Shown here in pieces: positions 17,786 through 26,651 of a DNA stretch of 64,000 nt. The stretch is from an uncultured Gammaproteobacteria bacterium. GTDB taxonomy: Bacteria; Patescibacteriota; Patescibacteriia; UBA11705; DATKZF01. The translations under genes and the position numbers were made by a program. The notes below the pieces were generated by a model. That model saw only the letters and a list, made by a program, of their open reading frames with translations. It was not told the origin of the DNA and did not search any database. Numbering within the stretch: the stretch's first letter is position 1; every line of letters begins with the position of its first letter. The DNA lies in contig CAYPKD010000001.1 of the NCBI GenBank assembly GCA_964411255.1, positions 7,331 to 71,330 of the forward strand. Reading direction: 5' to 3'.

Positions 17786-20699
17786 AAGCTTTTGAAATTA
17801 GTCTAAATAATTCTTCAGCCACTTTTGTTGCCTTTTCTATATCGTCTTCTTCTGCCAGTATCGCATAATAAATCTCTGCACGAAGTTTTCTCAAAGCTTC
17901 AGTACTTTGTTTCCAAGTTTGATGCTCTACAAATGCCTCCTTAATCTTATCAGTAACAATATCTGGCTGAGGAATCTTATGTTGTTCGATTAATTGATTT
18001 ACAAAATAAGTTAAACTATCAAACCCTTTTTCTGCCTGTTTCTTTCGACGTTCAATATCTTCTTCGTATAACTTTCGAAGTTCTTCCAAGGTTTTCTTTG
18101 TTGTTAATTGCCGAGACTCATATCTTTCCTTAATTTCTTCAGCTCTTTCCAACAATGAAATCAAGAAAAGGTCATCGCTTTGTTCTTCTGCTATTTTCTC
18201 GATGGATTTTATTAAATTGATAATTCTAACATTATCATCTTCATGCTTAGCTTTAATTTTCTCGATTGATTTCTTATTAATTTCGTAAAATTCAGACTGA
18301 GTTTCCAATTTTTCCAAGCCTACATGCTTTTGAACCAGTTGATTTGTTTTTCTCTGAAATTCTCTATCAATGTAAACTTTTTTTGCATAGGCATTTCGAA
18401 CAATTCCATAGATTGCTGATAACGTGCCATAATCATCAATGTATGGTCTCAAAAAAGCATCTGGGGAGATAATCTCATAAAGCATTTCAATCTCTTTATA
18501 GAGTTTGAAAAACTTTTTACGTTTTTCTGCATCACGGAAATGCTCTATTAACTTATCTGTATCCTTATCATCAAACTTTTTAGAAACCAACTTCAAATAT
18601 GAAGCAGCCTCTTTCTTCATCTTTTTTTCAAATTGTTTTTTCAATAATCCTAAGTCTTTAACTACTGCATCTATCTCATCACTATCAAAAGCTAATGCTT
18701 TTTCAACTTTATCGAAAATTCCGATAAAATCTAATACAAAACCATGCGGTTTAAGCATATTATGTTCTTCATTCTCATAAGGCCGATTTACACGCGCAAT
18801 AGCTTGTAAAAGCGTATGATCACGCATTGGTTTATCAAGATACATTGCATACAGAATTGGTGCATCATATCCTGTTAAAAGCTTTTCTGTGACAATAAGA
18901 ATTTTGGGCTGTTCTCCATATTTAGTAAATTTCTTTCTAATCTCTCTTTCCCTTTGTTCATCATGATGAAATTCTTTTAATAATTTAGAATCATTGTTAT
19001 TACCAGTATAAACAACTTCTGAATATTCCTTTGGTAAATATTTATCTAGAGCTTTCTTGTAATATGCACAAGCTTCTCGGTCTACTGCAACAAAAAATGC
19101 TTTATAGCCTAAAGGCTCCACATTTTCTTTGAAATGTTCAGCTGCATATTTTGCCACTGCATCAATTCTTTTTTCTCCTTTTAGAAAATTTTTAATATTA
19201 ACTGCTCTTTCAAGGACTTTATTCAATTCTTCAATCTCTGTTATTCCATGAGCATCTGCAAGTTGCAAAAATTCTTCTTCCAATGTTTCTTTTGGCACTA
19301 AAAGTTTATTTGGAGCAATACTATAAAATAAGGGCAACGTAGTACCGTCTTCGATACTATCAGCAATAGAATACTTATGAAGATAACCCTTTTTATCTTC
19401 AAGACCAAATGTCTTAAATGTTCCTTTTCCATATACAGTCTTATCAATAGGTGTCCCAGTGAATCCTATAAAAGATGAGTTCGGTAATCCTGCCATTAAG
19501 AAATTCCCTAAATCACCTTGAGTAGTCCTATGCGCTTCATCAATAAGCACAAAAATATTTTCTCGAGTATTGATATCTGCAGGCATTTTCTGAAATTTGT
19601 GAATTGTCGTTACAATAATTCCTCGATAATCATCTTTAAGTAATTTATTAAGCTTTCGAATAGAAGTTGCATGTTCAACATTATTCAATCCAACCGAGCT
19701 TAAATTTGTTATCATTTGCTGCTCTAGTTCATTACGATCAATCATAAGCAAAATAGTAGGTTTATCTGATTCTGGAGCTTTGAATAATAATTCGGCGACT
19801 TTAATCATTGTATAAGTTTTTCCTGAACCTTGAGTATGCCAAACCAAACCACGTCTTTTGGTTTTATTATGAGCGCGTTTAATAACTTCTTCAACTGCCT
19901 CTTGTTGGTGTTGCCTAAGTATGTATTTATTCAACTCTTCATCTTTCTCTGCAAACATTATGTATTTACCCAACACATCCAATATCTGACGTTTATCGCA
20001 AAATGTTTTAATTTTAGATTCTAACTTACCGATTTCTTTTTCTTTCCAATTAAAAATATTCCTTCTAATTAAATTCCATGTTACCCCATAGCTAAAACCA
20101 ATACTTTCCGTTGCTGTAAATATTTGCTCTGGTACAAATAACTCAGGTGTTTCATTATGATATCGACGTAATTGGTCGATTCCAATTGCAACCGCCTCGT
20201 CCTTGGTTGCGTTTTTACATTCAATAACAAGAACTGGAATACCATTAATTAAAAAAACAACATCCTCTCTGTTAGCATACTTGCCATTAAAATAATAAAA
20301 TTCCTCAGTCACTTCAAACACATTATTACTGAACTTATCGTAATCAATCAGATTAAGATTTAATTCTCTATTCTCACCTTCGTGAAAAAATGTTTTGTCT
20401 CCTCTTAAATATTGTACAAATTCACGATTACCATAGATATCTGGAGTTAATGCTGAAAAACGACGAATAAGGTCATCAATATTATTATGAAAATGAGGAT
20501 TAAATTTATTAACTTTTTCATGAAGGATACCCTGAAAATAAAGAGAAGCAGTTTCAGCTCTGTCGCGAGGTGAAACTCCTTGGGGGTCAAAACCACGGCG
20601 TTCTTCAGCCTCTTTTTGGCCAACATACTTCCATCCAATTTCTTGGGCGTATTTAAGTATCCTAGCTTGTACTGATTTTTGCTCTGTTGGTTTAGACAT
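17775..20699 (-). CDS. hsdR: Type I restriction endonuclease subunit R
   Basis: EDVVFLINGIPVLVIECK, HTQGSGKT, DEAHR, FTGTP, LLTGYDAP, QAIARVNR. Confidence 0.97.
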   Translation of the reverse strand: MSKPTEQKSVQARILKYAQEIGWKYVGQKEAEERRGFDPQGVSPRDRAETASLYFQGILHEKVNKFNPHFHNNIDDLIRRFSALTPDIYGNREFVQYLRGDKTFFHEGENRELNLNLIDYDKFSNNVFEVTEEFYYFNGKYANREDVVFLINGIPVLVIECKNATKDEAVAIGIDQLRRYHNETPELFVPEQIFTATESIGFSYGVTWNLIRRNIFNWKEKEIGKLESKIKTFCDKRQILDVLGKYIMFAEKDEELNKYILRQHQQEAVEEVIKRAHNKTKRRGLVWHTQGSGKTYTMIKVAELLFKAPESDKPTILLMIDRNELEQQMITNLSSVGLNNVEHATSIRKLNKLLKDDYRGIIVTTIHKFQKMPADINTRENIFVLIDEAHRTTQGDLGNFLMAGLPNSSFIGFTGTPIDKTVYGKGTFKTFGLEDKKGYLHKYSIADSIEDGTTLPLFYSIAPNKLLVPKETLEEEFLQLADAHGITEIEELNKVLERAVNIKNFLKGEKRIDAVAKYAAEHFKENVEPLGYKAFFVAVDREACAYYKKALDKYLPKEYSEVVYTGNNNDSKLLKEFHHDEQREREIRKKFTKYGEQPKILIVTEKLLTGYDAPILYAMYLDKPMRDHTLLQAIARVNRPYENEEHNMLKPHGFVLDFIGIFDKVEKALAFDSDEIDAVVKDLGLLKKQFEKKMKKEAASYLKLVSKKFDDKDTDKLIEHFRDAEKRKKFFKLYKEIEMLYEIISPDAFLRPYIDDYGTLSAIYGIVRNAYAKKVYIDREFQRKTNQLVQKHVGLEKLETQSEFYEINKKSIEKIKAKHEDDNVRIINLIKSIEKIAEEQSDDLFLISLLERAEEIKERYESRQLTTKKTLEELRKLYEEDIERRKKQAEKGFDSLTYFVNQLIEQHKIPQPDIVTDKIKEAFVEHQTWKQSTEALRKLRAEIYYAILAEEDDIEKATKVAEELFRLISKAYDI

Positions 20700-21942
20700 A
20701 ATTATTAATATTTTGGAAATTAATCATATTAACTCTAATCTGATTACTCATAAGTTTATCTAATATAGAATCAAATAGATTCATATAGCAATTTTTCTTC
20801 GATCTTAATAAAATAAGTTTTTTATCAATTGCGCTTAAAGATTGTGAGATACTGGACTGTTCGGATTTATTTGGAAGAGGCACCTTTTGATTTTTCACAT
20901 CATTATCCCTTACAGCTGGATAACTTGCTCCTCTTTGCAAACTCCCTATGGATTTAATAAAATTTTCAGTTAACAAATATTGAAATAAAAAATTATGTTC
21001 AATTTTTTCAGGATTCACTCTGAGGACACAATAGCCAGTACTACAAACCTCATTATCTAATTCAGAAGGAATCACAGCTATTCTCTTCAGGGTGGGTCTT
21101 ACTGTAGCAAAAATTATGTCATTTTCTTGCACTTGTTTTTTTGCTCGACTTGGAGCATCTTTACCAAGAATATTGCTAGTATCTTCTATTTGAAATGATT
21201 CATTAGACACACTTGAAACATCTATGTATTTGAAAAATTCGTTGGGTTTCTTTTTGGGCTCCACATTTGATGTTTTTAATAATAAAGATTTTATTGTTAC
21301 CAAATCCCAACTCTCTGGAATGAAACCAATTTCAGTTTCTTTTTGTCTCTCTCCTTTTGTCCCTTCAGTAAATAGTTTTTGCATTAATACATTCTTAAGT
21401 TCAGTCGTTTGCGCAATAAGTTCATTCTGCATTTCAATTGATTTTTGTATTACTGACAAAATATATGCAATGTTTTTTTGTATACTACCTTCCCACAAAG
21501 GAATTTGAATATTCTTAAAATCTGATTTCTTAAAAAAACCACGAGTTGTTTCTGAATTTCTCTCGATAAATTCTTGAATTGAAGACAAGAGGTAGAAGTA
21601 TAAAAATTTAGGGTTCAACTCTTTATTCCCAGGTGTTACTTTCCACATATTTTGGTTTAATAATGCTGGTAGGATATCTCTCGGTATCATTGTCATTTTA
21701 CCTCTTGTTGCACCCACCATAACAATTAAAATATCTCCTTTATTCAATAAATACTTTGCATATTTTTTTGAAAAATCTTGAGGTAAATATTCAACATCTC
21801 CCAAATTAATTTGTCCCCCCTCCAAAATATTCACAACTCTAAAATTAAGAATACCGCTATCTACGTAGTCCTTGCTCTTGAATGCAAAACCATTTGTAAC
21901 ATCACATTCTTTTCCGATTGTACTATATTTAGTATTACTCAT
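20692..21942 (-). CDS. hsdS: Type I R-M specificity subunit
   Basis: Two TRDs separated by conserved helices (LMQKLFT.G, IPESW, PNKSEQ). Confidence 0.93.
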   Translation of the reverse strand: MSNTKYSTIGKECDVTNGFAFKSKDYVDSGILNFRVVNILEGGQINLGDVEYLPQDFSKKYAKYLLNKGDILIVMVGATRGKMTMIPRDILPALLNQNMWKVTPGNKELNPKFLYFYLLSSIQEFIERNSETTRGFFKKSDFKNIQIPLWEGSIQKNIAYILSVIQKSIEMQNELIAQTTELKNVLMQKLFTEGTKGERQKETEIGFIPESWDLVTIKSLLLKTSNVEPKKKPNEFFKYIDVSSVSNESFQIEDTSNILGKDAPSRAKKQVQENDIIFATVRPTLKRIAVIPSELDNEVCSTGYCVLRVNPEKIEHNFLFQYLLTENFIKSIGSLQRGASYPAVRDNDVKNQKVPLPNKSEQSSISQSLSAIDKKLILLRSKKNCYMNLFDSILDKLMSNQIRVNMINFQNINNYV

Positions 21943-23488
21943 ATCCTAATTTAGAAAGAATCTCCGACATTTCTTTATCGATGTTTTTTGATTCTTTTTC
22001 AATTTCTTTTAATTCCAATACAATTTCTTTGATTGGTTTATGCTCAGCATCATCTGAAATATGTATGTATCGGCTTGGAGAAATATTGTAATCATTTTTA
22101 ATAATTACATCTTTATCAATAAATTCTGAAAATTTCTCGATTTCTTCAAATTTATTAAAAGTATTAGCAATTTTTTCTATTCCTTCATCAGTAATGTAAT
22201 TCTTTGGGTCACCTTTTTTGAATTCTTTAGAAGCATTTACTAAAAAAACTTTGTCTTTATGCTTTTTATTTTTATTCAAAAATAGAATAATACCTGGAGC
22301 AGTAGTATTGTAGAAAAGATTCTCTGGCAAATACAAAACACCTTCCAGTAAATCATTATCTACAAAGTAAGCTCGAGCTTCTTTTTCTTTATTTGTATTT
22401 GCATTTCCTGAACCTCGTGATGCTGCGCCTGTATCAAGTACAATTGCGGCTTTACCAGAATTATTCAAACTAGCCCAAATGTGCTGAACCCAAGCCCAAT
22501 CAGCATTACCACCTGGATTCTTTTTGAAGCGCTCAAAATGGTCATCATTGTAAAAATTATCACCCAAATACGGTAACGAATCCTTTCCTTGATTCCACAT
22601 AGGATTGGCTACCACTCTATTAAATTTCTTTAATTTCCCTTTATCGAGAAATTTAGGGCTTTTCATCGTGTCTCCTATCTCAATATCACCCTCCATGTCA
22701 TGCACAATCATATTCATTTTTGCCATTGCCCAAGTATCTCCTACAAACTCTTGTCCATACAATTTCAATGGTGCAACCTTCTTTTTTCCATTATGCTTTT
22801 GTTGCATTACAATTTGATTTTTAATAAGTAGGCCGCCGCTTCCGCAGGTTGGGTCATAAATATCCATTCCCGGCTCTGGTTCCATTATTTTTGCCATAAT
22901 CAACCCAACTTCAGTAGGGGTATAGAACTCTCCAGCACTTTGGCCGCTATTTTCTGCAAATTTTCTAATAAGATACTCATAACTTCGACCAATGATATCT
23001 GGTTCGACATCTTCCAGACCTAAACGCTTCTGGCTAATCCTTTCAATTAGATTAGACAATCTATCATCTGGAATATCTCGTTGACCATGTGTAGTTGCAT
23101 TAAAATCGACCCGGTCAATAATCCCAGATAAAGAAGGATTTTCTTTAGCAATACCTCGAAGCAAATTTGTTAACTGCTCTCCAACATTACTAGATATTTT
23201 TCGTATTGCTGACCAAACCTCATCTGTGTCTGGATTCAGTGGAATTAAAGGTAGATAATATCGAACTAATTTCCTATCTTTTTCAATTAGTGCAAAAGCC
23301 TTTCTTCTGCCTCCTACTTTCATTGCAATGCGATTTACTTCATCATCGAATACGTCACAAAGCCTTTTAACAAAAATTAGAGGCAAAATATAGTCTTTAT
23401 ACTTTGCGGCATCCTTTGCTCCACGAATAGAGCAGGCTGCATCCCATATCCATGATTCTAATGATTTTCCATTGTTATTTTTTGTCAT
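21935..23488 (-). CDS. hsdM: Type I R-M DNA methyltransferase
   Basis: GEFYTP, YDPTCGSGGLL, NPMW catalytic motif, YNISPSRYI. Confidence 0.96.
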   Translation of the reverse strand: MTKNNNGKSLESWIWDAACSIRGAKDAAKYKDYILPLIFVKRLCDVFDDEVNRIAMKVGGRRKAFALIEKDRKLVRYYLPLIPLNPDTDEVWSAIRKISSNVGEQLTNLLRGIAKENPSLSGIIDRVDFNATTHGQRDIPDDRLSNLIERISQKRLGLEDVEPDIIGRSYEYLIRKFAENSGQSAGEFYTPTEVGLIMAKIMEPEPGMDIYDPTCGSGGLLIKNQIVMQQKHNGKKKVAPLKLYGQEFVGDTWAMAKMNMIVHDMEGDIEIGDTMKSPKFLDKGKLKKFNRVVANPMWNQGKDSLPYLGDNFYNDDHFERFKKNPGGNADWAWVQHIWASLNNSGKAAIVLDTGAASRGSGNANTNKEKEARAYFVDNDLLEGVLYLPENLFYNTTAPGIILFLNKNKKHKDKVFLVNASKEFKKGDPKNYITDEGIEKIANTFNKFEEIEKFSEFIDKDVIIKNDYNISPSRYIHISDDAEHKPIKEIVLELKEIEKESKNIDKEMSEILSKLGYE

Positions 23489-23499
23489 AAAATTAAAAA

Positions 23500-23670
23500 T
23501 TAATTCTGACTCTCCTGAATAAACTTCTGGAGGTCTTTTTCACTAATTCGCCATTGACCAATCTTAGATGCCTTTAAGCGTCCTGATTCAATATACCGTG
23601 TTACAGACCTTTCGCTTACTCTAAGAATCTCTGCCACTTCTTTTAATGTTAGTAATTTTTCTTTAGTCAT
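23500..23670 (-). CDS. Excisionase-family HTH protein (56 aa)
   Basis: Manual translation MTKEKLLTLKEVAEILRVSERSVTRYIESGRLKASKIGQWRISEKDLQKFIQESQN; below the ORF-track cutoff. Confidence 0.88.
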   Translation of the reverse strand: MTKEKLLTLKEVAEILRVSERSVTRYIESGRLKASKIGQWRISEKDLQKFIQESQN

Positions 23671-23767
23671 AAGCATTTGTTATTACTAATATTGTAACTA
23701 ATTAAAAGCGATGTGTCAAAATTTGTCATGTTTTGACATATAGGTTTAATTTGAGTAAAGTAATGGT

Positions 23768-24748
23768 ATGAGCAAACAAACTACAACAAAAAGAAGTCAT
23801 TATCTTCCCAAAACTTACCTAAAGCATTTTCTTTTGGATGATGCTTTGTTTATGTATATGAAAGGGAAAAAATTTTTTGATGAAGAAAAAACACCCGCGG
23901 AAAGAATATTAAAGGTTGGGGGTGAAGATGGGCTAACAAATATTGGGTTGAAAAATAATTTGTATAATCCCGAAATTGATGGTATTTCCAGTGATGATAT
24001 GGAGGAGATATTCAGAGGATATGGGGAGGACTACTACAATGAATTGATATATGATATTAGCAAGTTAGATGACCAAGCTTTAATACCAGAAATAATAAAA
24101 TCAAAATTAGCTTATTTTCTAGCTTCAATGCGTGTACGAACACCTCAATTCAAATCAGAAACTGAAGAAATGGACACCGCATTTAGAAAGCATTTCTCTA
24201 AAAGACATTTTGAACTAATTAACCCTGAGGAAATAGTTGAAGTAAGTAAAAAAGAATTTTCTAATGAAATAAGCCTGGAAGAAGCTAATAAGATAAAGGA
24301 CTGTATTGTTAAACAAGAATATGATCTTAAATATCCCAATGGCTTTTTTATTCAAATGGCCCTTATGATGATAAATCACTATGCTGACATTTTCCATCAA
24401 ATGACTGTAAGCATAGTAAAGTCTGATGGGCGATATTTTGTAACTTCTGATAATCCAGTAGTATATTTCGTTCCTCCTGAGAAAGTAAATTTCTATCATC
24501 CCCCTAAAGCACTTGTAAGTCCATTTACAGAATTATTTTTTCCACTGACAAAAGACTTAGCGGTAACTTTAAATTGGAGAAAGAATGAAGAGCGAATAAC
24601 CAAAACATCAAGGGCAATAGTTGAGATATTTAATAATAACATTACTCACCATTCTTTCGACTTTATTTTTTCACCAATTCAAATGAAAGCACTAAACAAG
24701 TTTACAAAAGAACACATACCTTATCCATTCAAAATTAGGGTTAGCTAA
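23768..24748 (+). CDS. DUF4238 domain protein
   Basis: N-terminal HYLPKTYLKHF, RVRTP, FVTSDNPV motifs. Confidence 0.82.
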   Translation: MSKQTTTKRSHYLPKTYLKHFLLDDALFMYMKGKKFFDEEKTPAERILKVGGEDGLTNIGLKNNLYNPEIDGISSDDMEEIFRGYGEDYYNELIYDISKLDDQALIPEIIKSKLAYFLASMRVRTPQFKSETEEMDTAFRKHFSKRHFELINPEEIVEVSKKEFSNEISLEEANKIKDCIVKQEYDLKYPNGFFIQMALMMINHYADIFHQMTVSIVKSDGRYFVTSDNPVVYFVPPEKVNFYHPPKALVSPFTELFFPLTKDLAVTLNWRKNEERITKTSRAIVEIFNNNITHHSFDFIFSPIQMKALNKFTKEHIPYPFKIRVS

Positions 24749-25638
24749 TAATCATCAAGTGGATGTTTTCTAATCTGGGACCGTAAATGCTCTGCTGAAG
24801 CAGCCAGATAAATCGTCGTTGTCTTGATGTCCGCATGCCCCATCATTCTAGATAAAGAATAAATATCACATCCTCCCTCCAACATCAACGTCGCAAATGT
24901 GTGGCGTAGTTTGTGAATCGTAAACGGAATCTCTGACGAATCACGAATTTTTTCAACTAGTCTTTTAATACCTGAGTCAGCAAATCCGCAATTTCTGTTT
25001 AATGAAGCAAAAAATTCTGGGCAAGTCTTTTTCAGACGTTTGCGTTCTATTAAATATTTTTCTAAACTTTCAGCCAATTTTGAACCTATTGGTATAATTC
25101 TGTCTTTACTTCCCTTTCCCTGATAAACAAATATAGACATATTTTCTAAATCAACGTCAGATAACTTTAATTTTATCAATTCTCTTTTTCTGAGCCCAGC
25201 AAATAGAAATACTGAAAATATTGCATGATTTCTGTATCTGAGATATCGATACTTATACGGGTAGTTATAGACCACTTCCAGTAATCTATTAGCTTCTTGC
25301 CTTGATAACTTGGGAGGTAGTTTCTTTTCAAGCTTTGGGACTTCAATATCCTCTGCAAAATTTTGTTCAAGATGACCTTCTTGAACACACCACCTGAAAA
25401 ATACCAAGAGACTCTTATGATAAGTTATGAACGTGTTTGTGCTCCAATCTCTTTGAGTTCTCCCATCATAAAAAAACTTTCTGACATTGGTTTCATTTAC
25501 TTCTGATATTTTTTTTATTTCTGAAAGACTGCAATACAAATTGATACATACTCTGTATCTTTTAATTGTGTCGCCTGAATACCCCCTGATATAGCTTGAG
25601 TATTCACAAAACTGTTTGCCTAAATTTTTTATCAACAT
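24745..25638 (-). CDS. Tyrosine recombinase/integrase (intA)
   Basis: GLRKREL, GKGSKDR, HKLRHTFAT, MGHADI.TTTIY; ATG at 25638 preferred to TTG at 25656. Confidence 0.95.
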   Translation of the reverse strand: MLIKNLGKQFCEYSSYIRGYSGDTIKRYRVCINLYCSLSEIKKISEVNETNVRKFFYDGRTQRDWSTNTFITYHKSLLVFFRWCVQEGHLEQNFAEDIEVPKLEKKLPPKLSRQEANRLLEVVYNYPYKYRYLRYRNHAIFSVFLFAGLRKRELIKLKLSDVDLENMSIFVYQGKGSKDRIIPIGSKLAESLEKYLIERKRLKKTCPEFFASLNRNCGFADSGIKRLVEKIRDSSEIPFTIHKLRHTFATLMLEGGCDIYSLSRMMGHADIKTTTIYLAASAEHLRSQIRKHPLDDY

Positions 25639-25640
25639 AA

Positions 25641-25667
25641 AAATACTGCCTTTCAATTGCAGTATTT
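25641..25667 (-). terminator. Hairpin between element tRNA and intA start (terminator/attenuator candidate)
   Basis: AAATACTGC...GCAGTATTT inverted repeat. Confidence 0.5.
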
Positions 25668-25672
25668 CTAAA

Positions 25673-25748
25673 TGGAGCCGTCTTCGGGACTTGAACCCGA
25701 GACCCCCACCTTACCATGGTGGTGCTCTACCAGCTGAGCTAAGACGGC
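25673..25748 (-). tRNA. Element-encoded complete tRNA-Thr(GGT)
   Basis: GCCGTCTTAGCTCAGCTGGTAGAGCACCACCATGGTAAGGTGGGGGTCTCGGGTTCAAGTCCCGAAGACGGCTCCA, 76 nt cloverleaf with CCA. Confidence 0.96.
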
Positions 25749-25886
25749 AAATTTGGTTTGCTGGTCAGACCTATAAAGCTTTATAAGTCGGTTAGCCGAC
25801 GACCTGTTTAGTAATAGAGATGGGGTCTATTATTAACAATTTAGCTAGTATTAGCGTAAAGAGTTAAAATTCATATGACCTGTTTA

Positions 25887-25924
25887 TTACCATGGAGTTG
25901 CTCTACCAACTGAGCTACGTTGGC
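25887..25924 (-). pseudogene. 5' half of the disrupted host tRNA-Thr(GGT) (att junction)
   Basis: GCCAACGTAGCTCAGTTGGTAGAGCAACTCCATGGTAA followed by non-tRNA sequence. Confidence 0.93.
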
Positions 25925-26561
25925 TTAAATTCTGAATTATTGAAATAACTTAACATTTTATCGTAAATTCCTTTAATTTTATTCATATATTCATCATTCC
26001 CTTTTAATTCTTCAGCTTTGCTTTTTACTTTTAACGCCAAGTCTTCTGTAATCAATAATTTTCCCACATCATATATTCATCTATTATTGCTATTTCTTCC
26101 TTGTCTTTATATGTATCAATAAAAATCTGATTATATTCCTTTAGTTGATCTAAACTTTCATTATTTGGTGTTTCAACATGTTTTAAATAATGTAAATAAT
26201 TTTGAATATCAAATTTTTTAAAATCAAGTATATCTTGTACCACTTTAATTGCTGCTCTTGTTATCCATAACTCAGATGATTGAAAATTCTTTTTGCTTAA
26301 TATGTCAGGGAAAATTTGCTCCATAATTATCCTTTGAATTTTGTCACAAATTAAATGTACTGCCCATCCCTTTTTAAAATCATCATCTTTATAAAAAGTT
26401 TCTTTAAGAAAATTTTTATCATGTGTTAAATTTTTATCAATCCCAGTAATATAACGGCTGTCAGGATAAATTGTCCCAGATATATATCTTTTCATTTCCT
26501 TAACATCAAACTGATCTTTTACATCCACTGCAAAACGTATGTGAGAGCATTCCAATGCCAT
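25915..26561 (-). pseudogene. Frameshifted metal-dependent hydrolase-like gene (ORF 26052..26561 plus continuation)
   Basis: H..FA, G.IYPD, H, GWAVHL.CD motifs; one extra A in GGGAAAA near 26060 opens WEKLLITEDLALKVK...FKPT*. Confidence 0.55.
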
Positions 26562-26651
26562 AATAATTTTTATAATAGCTATTTTGCATTTTTATTTATT
26601 TCGCGTTTTTGCTTGTCATCCGAAGCCTTGCGCGAAGGATGACGTTTGCAC

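Larger units (their letters stand above)
13852..25893. mobile_element. ~12 kb integrative element in the tRNA-Thr(GGT) anticodon loop; two tyrosine recombinases, own tRNA-Thr, Type I R-M cargo
   Basis: 7-bp direct repeat TTACCAT at 13852..13858 and 25887..25893 joining the two tRNA halves; recombinase genes at both ends. Confidence 0.92.

Noticed and set aside
13852-25893. Prophage or ICE
   Set aside because: No capsid, tail, large terminase, relaxase or T4SS genes recognised.
13814-25924. tRNA intron or archaeal-type trans-spliced split tRNA
   Set aside because: The 7-bp duplication, flanking recombinases and 12 kb of cargo indicate DNA integration. No complementary leader/trailer or intron core was recognised.
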